A DNA stretch of 55,830 bases. It comes from a virus (taxonomy: Duplodnaviria; Caudoviricetes). A program made the translations under genes and the position numbers. Location of the stretch: positions 1 through 55,830 of IMG/VR virus record IMGVR_UViG_3300048818_000025. The stretch is one strand, 5' to 3'. The notes beneath the pieces are model-generated. The model made no database searches. It saw only the letters and a program-made list of their open reading frames with translations, and had not been told where the DNA came from. Shown in pieces: positions 9,742-21,000 of this stretch. Position 1 is the stretch's first letter, and the number at the start of each line of letters is the position of its first letter.

Positions 9742-11187
9742 ATGGTCGCAATACCGCTTACGTCAGGTGCTTACAGTTCCAAGAGCATAATTAGTAATGC
9801 TCAGGTCTGCAAAAACCTGTACTTAGAGCAAAACCCTTCCGATACAAAACCACCACAGCCCACCACACATTATCCGCGTCCTGGTAAACTACTTCTAGCC
9901 ACTCCACCAACGCTAGGATCGGGACGCGGATTGTACCGGGCGACAAATGGCGATCTATACGTCGCAATCGACGACATAATCTATTTTGTCAGCGATACGT
10001 TTGTATTTACTCCGGTTGGAAACATAGCTCACGGTTCGTCGATTGTTTCCATGGCCGATAACGGTCAGGACATTGGCAATCAGATTTGCGTGGTGAACGG
10101 TTCGCCTAACGGGTGGACCATCGATATGACTACCCGCGCCTTTGCGATGATTGTGGATGGTACGGGTACGTTTGTAGGAGCTAATCGGGTTGATTATCTA
10201 CAGGGATATTTTCTGTTCAATGCGCCGGGTACTCCATACTGGTACATATCAAATCCGAATAGCGTTGTGTTTAACGCGCTGAACGTAGAGCCTAAATCGT
10301 CTTATGCGGACGCCATTCAAACGCTAGGGGTGAGACTTCGTGAAGTTTGGTTAATTGGAGTTCTGACTACAGAGCCGTGGTATCTTTCAGGCGCTCCAGA
10401 CTTTCCTTTCGAGGCGATTGCATCCACATTCGTTCCTTACGGCTGCATTGCTGTTTATTCCATGGCGTCGATTGACGTTTCTTTGTTCTGGCTTAGTCAG
10501 GATTTGAAGGGTCAAGGGATTGTCGTTAAATCAGACGGTTACAACGCCAAGCGAATTTCTACCTTCGCCATTGAGGCAGAGTTTCAGACCTATGGTGATT
10601 TGAGCGATGCTGTGGCCGGGACTTATCAGAAAGACGGCCATACGTTTTATGTGCTGACGTTTCCGACCGCTGACAAGACTTGGGTTTATGATCTAGCGAC
10701 TGACCAATGGTATGAATCGACATGGGTTGATAGCGATGGTAACGAGCATAGGGACCGCTGCCCGTTTTACGCCCATGCTTATAATCGAGTGATTGGGCAG
10801 GACTGGGAAACCGGCAAGCTTTACGAGATTGATAGTAATACTTACACGGATAACGGCGACCCGATTTATTGCCGCAGAGGTTTTCCGCACGTCCTAGACG
10901 AAATGGACCGGGTAACGCATTGGTGTCTGACCGCAGATATTCAGTGCGGAACTACAACCGATAACGACGCTGATCCGCAACTTAACATGCGATATTCCGA
11001 TGATCGCGGGCAAACATGGTCTGATCCGTTGATGGCTTCGTTCGGGAAAATTGGTGAATATCTGGTTTCTCCGCAGTTCCAACGCCTAGGAATGGCGCGC
11101 GATAGGGTTTATGAGTTGTTTTGGTCCGAGAATATCAAAACAGCCTTGAACGGCGTTTATATCGACGTAGAGAAAGCGGATTCGTGA
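9742..11187 (+). CDS. Tail hub / packaged-DNA stabilisation protein, P22 gp10-like
   Basis: SMADNG, RISTFAIE, GHTFYVLTFP..KTWVYD, YSDDRGQTWS, RLGMARDRV motifs. Confidence 0.88.
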   Translation: MVAIPLTSGAYSSKSIISNAQVCKNLYLEQNPSDTKPPQPTTHYPRPGKLLLATPPTLGSGRGLYRATNGDLYVAIDDIIYFVSDTFVFTPVGNIAHGSSIVSMADNGQDIGNQICVVNGSPNGWTIDMTTRAFAMIVDGTGTFVGANRVDYLQGYFLFNAPGTPYWYISNPNSVVFNALNVEPKSSYADAIQTLGVRLREVWLIGVLTTEPWYLSGAPDFPFEAIASTFVPYGCIAVYSMASIDVSLFWLSQDLKGQGIVVKSDGYNAKRISTFAIEAEFQTYGDLSDAVAGTYQKDGHTFYVLTFPTADKTWVYDLATDQWYESTWVDSDGNEHRDRCPFYAHAYNRVIGQDWETGKLYEIDSNTYTDNGDPIYCRRGFPHVLDEMDRVTHWCLTADIQCGTTTDNDADPQLNMRYSDDRGQTWSDPLMASFGKIGEYLVSPQFQRLGMARDRVYELFWSENIKTALNGVYIDVEKADS

Positions 11188-11336
11188 AAAAGGTTTGGGG
11201 CTGGTCCAAGGACGGTGAGTGGTTCCTTTCCAAGTTCAAGAAGGAACCTAATCGCCCGGCTAATAAATATGCTTCACAGGCCGAGGCAATCCAAGAGGCT
11301 GAGGCTAGAGGCTTGACGGTTGAATGGCTAGTGTAG
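11184..11336 (+). CDS. Small hypothetical protein
   Basis: GTGA overlap with the gp10-like stop. Confidence 0.5.
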   Translation: MKKVWGWSKDGEWFLSKFKKEPNRPANKYASQAEAIQEAEARGLTVEWLV

Positions 11337-11755
11337 CGACCCAACCGCCATTGGCAATGCCAACCGAGACTATGCCGGTTTCCGACAGTACCGGAATTGT
11401 TAATCAGATTTGGTGGCGGTTTTTCTACGGTCTTTATAAACGCAATGCCTCGACCATTCCTTATCTTGTCGGCACGGCTTTAACTGCTGCTGGCACCACG
11501 CAAGCGAATGCCTTGGCGCTCACTACGGAATGGAGCGACATTGCGACGACGCCAGCCAACTCAGGTGTTCGGCTTAACAATTTCGGAGTGGGGTTAAATT
11601 CGGTGGTGTTCAACAACGGCGGCGCGACGTTGAAGGTTTACCCGCCCATAGGCGCGACGATTGATGCGCTTGGATTGAACGCCCCTTACTCATTGGCGAA
11701 CGGTTTAGATCGGGACTTTTACCAATTGACCGCAACGCAGTTTCGCTCACGATGA
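11324..11755 (+). CDS. Small tail-associated protein
   Basis: N-terminal WWRFF motif typical after gp10-like genes; C-terminus paralogous to 9334-9735. Confidence 0.6.
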   Translation: MASVATQPPLAMPTETMPVSDSTGIVNQIWWRFFYGLYKRNASTIPYLVGTALTAAGTTQANALALTTEWSDIATTPANSGVRLNNFGVGLNSVVFNNGGATLKVYPPIGATIDALGLNAPYSLANGLDRDFYQLTATQFRSR

Positions 11756-12183
11756 ACCAAGTTGTTCAGCTATCGGATAGAGACAAAGTAAATCTGATCG
11801 AATCGGAAATGCGAAAGCATCCGCAAGTTTCCTTATCTTTGAAACATTACAATGCACCTGGGGTTTATGCGCGCGAATTGTTCGTCCCGGCTGGAATTTT
11901 ATTGACAGGTAAAATTCACAAGTTTGCTCAGATCAACATTCTATCCAAAGGGACTATGCGCGTTTTAACTGAGGATGGAATTAAGGAAGTTTCTGCATCG
12001 TTCACAGTGGTTTCTCCTCCAGGAACTAAACGCATTGCTCTAGCCGTGACTGATTGCGTTTGGACAACCTTTTTGCCTACCGATGAAACTGACCCTGAAA
12101 AGATTGAAATAGAATTTACGGCTGAGAATGAAGATGAATACCAACTATTCCTAAAACAAGAGCAACAAAAATGTCTTTCGTAG
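11752..12183 (+). CDS. Cupin-like conserved phage protein
   Basis: GVYARELFVPAG..LTGKIHK...SPPGTKR pattern. Confidence 0.65.
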   Translation: MNQVVQLSDRDKVNLIESEMRKHPQVSLSLKHYNAPGVYARELFVPAGILLTGKIHKFAQINILSKGTMRVLTEDGIKEVSASFTVVSPPGTKRIALAVTDCVWTTFLPTDETDPEKIEIEFTAENEDEYQLFLKQEQQKCLS

Positions 12184-12959
12184 CGACTGCAATTGTTGGT
12201 GCTGGTGTTCTAGGGGCTGGCGCAAGCATTTATGCGGCTAATACGGCTGCTGGTGCTCAGACCTCGGCTGCTAATGCCGCGATTTCCGCACAGCAACAGC
12301 AATTCCAACAGACAAAGGCTATTGAACAGCCGTTTATAGACGTAGGCACTCAGACCGCGCCACAGGCGCAGGCATTTTCCGATACATCAAACCCTAATTC
12401 CACACTATCTCAGTTGATGGCATTAACAACGCCAGGAACCACTACGGACGCGAACGGAAATCCGACTTCCACTGAAACCGCCGCATTAGCGCAAACTCCC
12501 GGCTATCAATTCTCTCTACAGCAGGGAAATATTGGAGTGCAGAACGCTCTTGCGGCAAGAGGGCTTGCTGGCCCCGGTGGGGCGCTGGCTAAAGGCTCGG
12601 CTAACTTTGCTGAGGGGTTGGCCGGAACGACTTGGCAGAATGTAGTTAACGGGCTTCAAAACACCTATTCGTCCGGTTCCAGTGCATTGCAAAACCTGCT
12701 TTCAACTGGCGGCAATGCCGCAAACGCTTTGAGTGGCGCTTCGACAACTACGGGGCAGGGGATTTCCAATAATCTTATCGGTGCTGGCAATGCACAGGCC
12801 GGGGCGGCCATCGGTTCAGCTAATGCTATCGGTGGCCTAGGAAGTTCGATTAGCACCGCAGCGCTATTGAGCAAGTTATTGGGGAATACGAGCGGCGCTC
12901 AGGCTACAACAATTTATGGCGGCGCTGGTGGACTTGGCGTTCCTACTTTCCCGCCATAA
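12171..12959 (+). CDS. DNA ejection/pilot protein, P22 gp7-like
   Basis: Gly/Ala-rich hydrophobic N-terminus MSFVATAIVGAG; TPGYQF motif. Confidence 0.75.
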   Translation: MSFVATAIVGAGVLGAGASIYAANTAAGAQTSAANAAISAQQQQFQQTKAIEQPFIDVGTQTAPQAQAFSDTSNPNSTLSQLMALTTPGTTTDANGNPTSTETAALAQTPGYQFSLQQGNIGVQNALAARGLAGPGGALAKGSANFAEGLAGTTWQNVVNGLQNTYSSGSSALQNLLSTGGNAANALSGASTTTGQGISNNLIGAGNAQAGAAIGSANAIGGLGSSISTAALLSKLLGNTSGAQATTIYGGAGGLGVPTFPP

Positions 12960-12973
12960 GGAATAGGTCAAAA

Positions 12974-13378
12974 ATGAAACGCTATTATAGCAAGATCAAA
13001 TGCCGCATAGCTTCGATCACCTCATTCCGTTGTGTTGAGCGCGATCCAGAGAATAAATATAACGCGACCTATGAGTTTAACTGCGATGTGATGGCTGATG
13101 TTATTAAGGCTAATAATCCTAATGGAAATGGACTTCACATAGTCCGGTTTAAGCAAGACGATTTAGCTTACGATGGACGAAACGAACTCAGAGAAGTTGG
13201 CGAATGGGTTGTTTCTCCGCTCCCACTCTATCTTGTAGAACGCTATGACTTTGCGGAGGATGAGATAAAATACAACATCATCGATGAGCCAAGCTTTCAC
13301 AAGTTCTATTTTCAAGACGATGAGCCGGAACTGATCGAAATGCATGGCTTTGAGGAACCAATTAGGCGTACCGCATGA
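12974..13378 (+). CDS. Hypothetical protein inserted in the ejection-gene cluster
   Basis: 134-aa ORF, AT-richer than neighbours. Confidence 0.6.
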   Translation: MKRYYSKIKCRIASITSFRCVERDPENKYNATYEFNCDVMADVIKANNPNGNGLHIVRFKQDDLAYDGRNELREVGEWVVSPLPLYLVERYDFAEDEIKYNIIDEPSFHKFYFQDDEPELIEMHGFEEPIRRTA

Positions 13379-13675
13379 TACCTGATCTTAAAGAAGTAGA
13401 GATTGGAGCGAGGGCGCTTGCACAAGTTTATGGCCGCGACCCCGATAAGACTTGGATTCAGTTTTCTACTAGAGCGGAAGCGGTATTAAAAGCAGTTCAA
13501 GAGGCTAAAAATGACCAATGAAGAATATGCCTATTGGGCTAGGAACTCAATTCAATCAAGCAACGCCAATGCTCTTAAATTTAATCATGAAACTGGAAAA
13601 CTTGAACGGATATTGCCGCCATTAGGCGCGGCTCAGATAGTTGAACTTCACTGCTCCAATAGTACGGAAGCCTAA
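13375..13675 (+). CDS. Two small coupled ORFs (13375-13521, 13511-13675)
   Basis: Read by hand; ATGA and TAATG overlaps with neighbours. Confidence 0.45.
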
Positions 13676-14211
13676 TGCCTTCATTGCAAGACCTTCTAGC
13701 TGCTAAAGGCGCTCCTGCTATGCCTCCGCAGGGCCAGCAGGCTATGCCACAGCAACCCATGCAAGGTGGCAATCCTCTTGCTCAACTCGCTCCACAGCAG
13801 CAGCAACCTCCTCCGCCGCCACCGGCTCCTACCCATGCGCAGACCGTAGCGGCAGTTCATTACTTTGGGCAAATCAAACAAGCCATGAGGCCAGTATTGG
13901 ACGATCCTAATCTGGGATCAAAAAACATTCGTCCTAAGCTGCTCGATCAATTCTCAAAGCTTATCGCGTCAAAGACGTTGACACTTCCTGAGATTATGAA
14001 AGCCATCAAGTCACTTCCTGATGATCCAATACAGCAAAAATCATTCGTGGAAAATATTTATCAGGCCAACGACAAGGCTCAAATGCTAGTGCTCGGCCAT
14101 CACGCTATGGGACCGCAAGCACAGCCGGGCCAAGAGCCTGAACAATGGTCGCCTGATAATCATCAGGATCAAATGGCTGGTTTGATGCAGCAATATGGTG
14201 GGCAGCGGTAA
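13675..14211 (+). CDS. Gln/Pro-rich putative internal virion protein
   Basis: Coupled (TAATG) to the downstream ejection gene. Confidence 0.6.
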   Translation: MPSLQDLLAAKGAPAMPPQGQQAMPQQPMQGGNPLAQLAPQQQQPPPPPPAPTHAQTVAAVHYFGQIKQAMRPVLDDPNLGSKNIRPKLLDQFSKLIASKTLTLPEIMKAIKSLPDDPIQQKSFVENIYQANDKAQMLVLGHHAMGPQAQPGQEPEQWSPDNHQDQMAGLMQQYGGQR

Positions 14212-15545
14212 TGGCCGAGGTAAACACAGACATTTACAAATCGTTAGGTCAGAATAATCAGTCCATGTCGCCGTTGCAGATTATGCAACTCATTGGTCAG
14301 GTTAATCAAAACAAGTTATTTAACCAGACTTACGATGCCCGCCAAGGAATTGGCGAGGCATATAGTCAGAATGTTGGGCCGGATGGAAAGATCAATACTC
14401 CTGGATTAATTCAGTCTTTAACCGCAAAGCCTAATTTCCTAGCTGGCGATGCGGTTAACCAAGGCATTACCAATGCAACAAATCAGTTTTCATTGGATAC
14501 TGGCAAGACCAAATACGCACAGCAAACGCTTAGTGCGCTAGCTTCTAAAAAGGATTTGGCACCTTCGGACTTTGCTAGTTGGTCGGCCAATGCCGCTAGG
14601 GCTGGCGTTGATCCTTCGATTATTCACGGCGTCTTAAATGACGTTTATTCTGCTGGTAACAATCCTAAGGCTTTACGAGAGGCAGTAGCTACCCAAGGTA
14701 TTATGTCCATGGGAACAGATGCGCTTAGCGGCGAAGCCGGTCCACCTGATGATTCAGGAACCGCAACTACTATCCCTAAGGGCCAAGCAATAAACCAGCG
14801 TATGCAGCCGGGCGGCATGGCGACAACTAATCCTCCCGGTTTCCAAGAGGCTGCGGCTCATTCAGGACAAATGCTTGCTGCGGCGCGTGATCGCGCTAAT
14901 ACGTGGGGGTCGGATAACTTCGTTGCCACTAATCTGTTGAATAATCTTGAAAAGCTTGGACCTTCCGGTACAGGTCCAGGAACTAAAGAACTCAATAATA
15001 TGAAAGCGTTTGTGCAATCTAATCTGAATTGGTTACCGGGTGCCGATAAACTCGTTGGCGACCCGAACAAGATTGATAATTATTATCAGGCTGAAAAGTA
15101 TGCAACTCAGTTGGCAGGTTCGCGCGCTTCTATGTTTGGTGGTGGTACAGATCAGTCAATGTCTCTTGCACTCACTGGTTCCCCGAGTACGCATATTGCC
15201 AACATGGCCGGTCAGGATTTGACCAAGGCCGTTATTGGATTGCGTAACATGGAGCAGGTGCAAACGTCTGAGGCTGATAGGCTTGGTATTAAGCCGGGAC
15301 AATACTCGTCTTGGGCGTCAAGGTGGGTGTCCGGTATTAATCCTCAGACCATGAAGCCTGATAAGAATTACGCAATTGATCCTAATGCTTTCATGGCTCA
15401 TTTGATGACGCCAGAACAGTTACAGAATTATTCAAAGACACTCAACACGCCAGCCAAACGCGACAAGTTCAACCGTTCATATCAGTTGGGTTTGGATAAT
15501 GGCGTGATTGATGATCCATCCGGCCAACATACTGGTGCGCAATAG
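14211..15545 (+). CDS. Putative DNA ejection protein
   Basis: 444 aa, Ala/Gly/Gln/Asn-rich; position in the podoviral ejection cluster. Confidence 0.7.
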   Translation: MAEVNTDIYKSLGQNNQSMSPLQIMQLIGQVNQNKLFNQTYDARQGIGEAYSQNVGPDGKINTPGLIQSLTAKPNFLAGDAVNQGITNATNQFSLDTGKTKYAQQTLSALASKKDLAPSDFASWSANAARAGVDPSIIHGVLNDVYSAGNNPKALREAVATQGIMSMGTDALSGEAGPPDDSGTATTIPKGQAINQRMQPGGMATTNPPGFQEAAAHSGQMLAAARDRANTWGSDNFVATNLLNNLEKLGPSGTGPGTKELNNMKAFVQSNLNWLPGADKLVGDPNKIDNYYQAEKYATQLAGSRASMFGGGTDQSMSLALTGSPSTHIANMAGQDLTKAVIGLRNMEQVQTSEADRLGIKPGQYSSWASRWVSGINPQTMKPDKNYAIDPNAFMAHLMTPEQLQNYSKTLNTPAKRDKFNRSYQLGLDNGVIDDPSGQHTGAQ

Positions 15546-17968
15546 TGGCTGATAACGACCTCTCTCCGCAAGATCGCGATATGCTTATAAGGACTGTGAT
15601 CGGGGAAGCTGCAAATCAGCCGCCTATCGGTCAAGCTGCCGTTGCTCATGTAGTTTTGAACCGTTTGAACTCTGGAAATTATGGCGACACGGCTTCACAG
15701 GTTGTCTTATCTCCACATCAATTTGAGCCTTGGCAAACTAGGACACAGGAACTTGCTACTATCCCGCGCACCTCACAGCAATATCAGGATATTGGTAAGA
15801 TAGTTGACGGGGCTGCTAGTGGTGATATTCCAGACCCTACGCAAGGGGCCACAAACTTTGCAAACGTTAAGACAGTTCAAGATCGTGGCAACACGAAAGG
15901 AATGAACTGGATTAACTCAATGACCAATCAAACCCGCATTGGCGATCACACATTCGGCAACGCCGATGGTCAGAAAGCTATAAACAAGGCGGCTAATATT
16001 CAGGATAGCCAACCTACAACGGCATTACAGTTTCAGGATGCTGTGCCGGACCATCTTGGCGCGCTTCTAAGTTCAAGTGGTGCTACGGATAATGTGCCAG
16101 CCGTAGCTTCTGACAGCACAACGCCGGACCATCTTGGCGAGTTGCTAAAAACCAATAGCTCTAAGCCACTACCTCCTGAGGGTTATTATGGCGGCAAGCT
16201 TCATATCAACATTACGCCCGGCGTTCCTCTATCGACCGAAGATAGCAGTGGAAATACCGTCTATATCCAACCGGGTGATCCGCGCTATCCTGTAGCCAAC
16301 CCTAATCCGAGTATGGTTCCTCAGATTGCCAAGGATTATGTTGGCCGCTTGAATGAACTTGCTGGGCAGAATGCCAGCATGGCCGGAGAAGGCCTAAGCG
16401 ATATTTCTCAAGGCAATGTGGCTACAGGGTCAGTCAAGGCGGGGCTTGGAGCATTGGGATATGTATTTTCTCCGGCCAGCGCGATAGATAAACCGATTGA
16501 AAACATTACTGGGAATAAAAATCTTGGAGAAATAGCGTCTCTTATAGGGCCGGGAACCCTATTGGGGAAAGCGGCAAATGCCGCGCGCCCTGCCGTTAGT
16601 GCCTTGTCGGATATTATCAAAGACGTTGGCGCTGAGAATATTCCGTCTATTGTCTCACGGCTTGAAAGCAATCCTAAGCTTACACTTATGGATGTAGCCC
16701 CGACCGTTAGAGGCAATGCCGCTGGTCTAGCGACAGACCCGCGCAACGTTCCGGCCATGAACCAACTCAATCAATTCCAGCAGGCTAGAATGGCTGATCG
16801 TTCGGGTGATGCTGTTAATATATTTGAGGATGCGCTTGGGCCAACACCTAATATGGCTGCTACTAAAAAAGAACTAACCCAATCCATTGCTGATGTAGGA
16901 AAGAAATTTGACCCGGTAATCGATAAAATTGGGCCGGTGGACATTACGCCTGTAATCAATAACATTGATTCTCAATTCCCTGCTTCAACACTTAATCAAT
17001 TGAAACAAAATAAATATGAAGGGCCTCAGTTATCTCCAGAATTGAGTAGACTATGGGAAATGAGAGAAAAGTTGAGGGGTAATTGGTCCGATAGAGAACA
17101 AATGTTTGCTAATGCGGCAGATTTGCATAAACAACAACGTGATCTTCGGCTGAAATACGGCAATAGTCGGGACCCAGGCTCTTATGAGGCGCGTCAAGTG
17201 CGCCGAGAAATCATTAATGCCATCGATGAAAAATCAGGTGGAAAATACAAACCTATTCAAAAAGAATACAAAGACGCCAACGATGTTGATAAGGCTTTTC
17301 AAGAAGGTTTCAGCGTATTCTCCAATCCGACAAGCGCAAAAGGTGCAATAGATAATCACCCTGACGTATGGCGTGAATGGATGAATGATGCTTCTGACAC
17401 TGAGAAACGCGCGGTCGCCCAAGGCATTCTATTCGGCGCTAACAATAAAATAATGAATACGCGACGTGGAATTGACGTTCCTGAGAACAGCTATGCCCAT
17501 GAACGAATAGCCTCTGTAGTTGGCAAGCCAAATGCTGATGAAATTGTGAGACGCCTAGGTGATTGGAGAGACATTGCCGAGACTGATAATCTCCTAACTA
17601 AAAACTCGGCAACTGCTGTTCGCCAAGCTGGTCAAGAGGCTCGGTCAGTGCGGGATGCGCGTTCAGGCCATGATATATTGCAAAGCCTTATGCCAGCAGC
17701 CGTAGTTGGTGGGGCGGCGCATTTGGCGTCTGGTGGCAGGGGACTACTAAGCGCAATAGCGGCTGGTACTGCCATAGGAGCAGGCAAGGCGGCTAATTAT
17801 GCCGGGAAGGCTCATGATCTTGCAAGTAATAAAGCCTATGCGCAGTGGGCGTCGGCTACAGGATCAAAGAAAGAGGATTTAATCACGGCCTTGCGCGCGA
17901 TGGCTGAGAAACAAAATCCCGGCAATCGACTTTCGACAAGCTCTATCTTGCAAGCTTTGCCACGCTAG
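15545..17968 (+). CDS. Large ejection protein with an N-terminal SleB-like (Hydrolase_2) cell-wall hydrolase domain
   Basis: RTVIGEA..Q...GQAAVAHVVLNR, QFEPW, DPTQGATNF, IGDHTF motifs. Confidence 0.85.
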   Translation: MADNDLSPQDRDMLIRTVIGEAANQPPIGQAAVAHVVLNRLNSGNYGDTASQVVLSPHQFEPWQTRTQELATIPRTSQQYQDIGKIVDGAASGDIPDPTQGATNFANVKTVQDRGNTKGMNWINSMTNQTRIGDHTFGNADGQKAINKAANIQDSQPTTALQFQDAVPDHLGALLSSSGATDNVPAVASDSTTPDHLGELLKTNSSKPLPPEGYYGGKLHINITPGVPLSTEDSSGNTVYIQPGDPRYPVANPNPSMVPQIAKDYVGRLNELAGQNASMAGEGLSDISQGNVATGSVKAGLGALGYVFSPASAIDKPIENITGNKNLGEIASLIGPGTLLGKAANAARPAVSALSDIIKDVGAENIPSIVSRLESNPKLTLMDVAPTVRGNAAGLATDPRNVPAMNQLNQFQQARMADRSGDAVNIFEDALGPTPNMAATKKELTQSIADVGKKFDPVIDKIGPVDITPVINNIDSQFPASTLNQLKQNKYEGPQLSPELSRLWEMREKLRGNWSDREQMFANAADLHKQQRDLRLKYGNSRDPGSYEARQVRREIINAIDEKSGGKYKPIQKEYKDANDVDKAFQEGFSVFSNPTSAKGAIDNHPDVWREWMNDASDTEKRAVAQGILFGANNKIMNTRRGIDVPENSYAHERIASVVGKPNADEIVRRLGDWRDIAETDNLLTKNSATAVRQAGQEARSVRDARSGHDILQSLMPAAVVGGAAHLASGGRGLLSAIAAGTAIGAGKAANYAGKAHDLASNKAYAQWASATGSKKEDLITALRAMAEKQNPGNRLSTSSILQALPR

Positions 17969-18079
17969 AAAACAATACCACAGCGCGGCAAACTTCGTCA
18001 CATACCAAAAATATCTAATGATGGGCCAGATTAACGGTTGCATGTACTCCCTTATGCCTAAAACACCGGAAAAGTCAAA

Positions 18080-21000
18080 ATGCTCGCTAGGATAATCTCA
18101 GGCATTCTCATCTATGTAATGGCCGTTACCCAAGTGGTAGCGCAGACCGCCACGCTATTGCCTAATGCCAAGCAGACTTTTCTAGGAACTACTGGAGCGC
18201 CGTTAGCGGCTGGTACGGTTACGCTTTACACGCCTAACTCAACCAATAAAAAGACGACTTGGGTTGATCCTAACCAAGTCTCTGCCAATACAAATCCGAT
18301 TAACTTGGACGCCGCTGGCCGGGCTATTATCTTCGGGCAGGGCAACTATCGCCAAGTTGTTAAGGACGTAAATGGCGTAACAATTTGGGATGCGTTTACA
18401 TCTGCGGTTGGTTCGGCTTCACCTTCCGGTTCTACGGGGACAGATACGGCTCCGGTTGGAACTGTCCTGCCGTATTCCGGGTTTGCGATTCCGACAAATT
18501 GGCAGTTGGCTTATGGGCAACCGTTAAATCGCGTCACGTTTGCATCGCTTCTGACCGCAATCACTATTTCCAATACAGCCGTATCATGCACGGCAACGTC
18601 AACGACCTTAACCGGATTTGCCAGCACGGCACAGTTTTCAGCCGGTGAGCCGATTGAGGCCACGTGCTTACCTGCCAATACAACGATTGCTTCGATAACT
18701 AACTCGACAACGATTGTCGTAAGTGCAGCGGCTATTTCTAGCGCTGCACTTACCGCAGTTGTGTTTCCATGGGGCAATGGCGACGGAAACTCAACATTCA
18801 ATGTTCCTGACTTGCGCGGGCGTGTTTTTGCCGGCGCAGATGCTATGGGCGGAACGGCGGCAAATCTTCTAACGGCGTCTTATTATGGAGCAAGTGCTGC
18901 GGCTCCAGGAATATCAGGTGGTTCTCAAAGTCACACTCTACTTCAAGCCGAGTTGCCAGCATTCAAACCGGCAATTACAATTACCGATCCTGGGCATACT
19001 CATCCTATTGGAGGAGGAGGAAATTCCGGTGGTGGCCTTTCTACCGCAATTAGTGGAACTATAAGCCAAACTAATAATACTGGCACTTCTACAACTGGTA
19101 TTACCGCCGCGCTCACAAGCAATCTTGGTTCTGGAACGGCCCTAGCAATAATTCAGCCTACGCTCACCGTCAATTACATCATCAAGGTTGCGCCTAATGC
19201 TTCTGGCGCAGGAGGCGTTGTTTCTATCGGAGGAATGTTTGGGGATATTATTTGCGATGCGACTTTCCTTTGTACCAATCAAACTATTGGGTTGGCAACT
19301 CAGTTAACCGGGACAATTCTGGCTAATATTGGTGCGTCCACAATGACGCCAACTGCCGTAACATTAAGTAATATTATGGATGATACTTGTGGCTCTTCAC
19401 AAGGTGATATTTTCTATCGTGGTCCGTCAACATGGAATTGCTTGCCTCCAGGAACGGCTGGCTTTGCTCTTTTAACGCAAGGAGGCGGCACAAGTCCTTT
19501 ATGGGGACCAACTGCAACTAGCGATTCTACGGCAGTTAAAGCCCCGGCCCAAATTGCAACGACCGGAAGCAATATAACTCTTTCTGGCGAACAGACGATT
19601 GATGGAGTTCTAACCAATTTCTCTCGCGTCGTTGTTAAGGATCAAAGTATTTCTAGTCAAAATGGTATTTACAATACATCTCCTGGTACATGGAACAGAT
19701 CGACAGACGCCAACACAACTGGTCAACTTGTAACCGGAACTCAAGTATTTGTGACATCTGGTACTGTCAATGGGCAGAAGTTCTTCGCAGTCACTTCTAC
19801 TAATCCAATATTTATTGGAACATCATCTATTAATTTAGTCCTTTACACAGGAAACGTCATATCTAATGGTGGTACTGCGGGACAGATTGCGCTATTCAAC
19901 GATCCACAGCACATCTACGGCGTGACCGCGCTAACGACTGTTCTCAACACGCAACTTGGCACTACCTACACAGTTCAATCGACTGACCAAAATTCTACTA
20001 TTGCTTTCAGCAATAGTAGCCCTTTTGCTATAGCCCTCCCTCAAGCTGGCGGCCTATTCCCAACTGGATGGGCCATTACACTTTTCAACATTGGTACGTC
20101 GAACGCAACTATTACGCCAGCAACATCGACAATCAATGGTCTGACTTCGCTCATTCTCCAACCATCCGATTCCGTCACCCTTATTTCAGATGGCACAAAT
20201 TACAAGGGTATCATCTCGCCTGGCTATCTTTCGACCATTAATGCTGTGGGCGGAAGATTAGTTGTTTCATCAGGGTCCAATACTGCATCTCCAACATATA
20301 CGACCGCTGGAACTGGCGTTATTACTGCCATTAGTAACAACGTAAATACAACAGGTGGTATTGCTACATACCCGATCAATATATCGGCCCCAATCAACGC
20401 TCAAACCGGAACGACCTACACAGTCTTGTCCACGGATAACGGAAAACTTGTAACCTTCACGAATGCGTCGCCCATTGCAATCACATTACCAGCGGCGACA
20501 GGATCATTTGGGAGCGGATTTGCCACGACCCTATTCTGCCTCTCGACCAGCACGGGATCATGCACGATCACGGCGGGGGCAGCCGTAAATAATAACACCA
20601 CCATTGTCTTGCAGCCTGGCGATTCGATCTACGTCGAGTCAAACGGGTCAATCTACGTCGGGACCGTTTCTCTGGGTTATATGCAGCAGATCGCGGGGAA
20701 CAGCACGCGGATATTGACGGCTCCAGCTACCAACGGTATCTCGCCGTCTTACTTCACAGCCGCGACCGGCGTTCAGACTGCGCTTGGCGTGAGCATTGGG
20801 TCTGCTGGGTCTTTTGTTGTGAATGGTGGCGCGTTGGGCACCCCATCATCTGGCACCGGAACAAACATTACCGGCATCAGCGCTTCGAACGTGACTTCGG
20901 GATCACTCCCCGTTGCGCAGCTTGGCGCGAGCGCGGCATCACATGCCTCACTGATAGATGTTGGTGGAACGGCAACGTGGAAAGTAATACCGGACTGCCT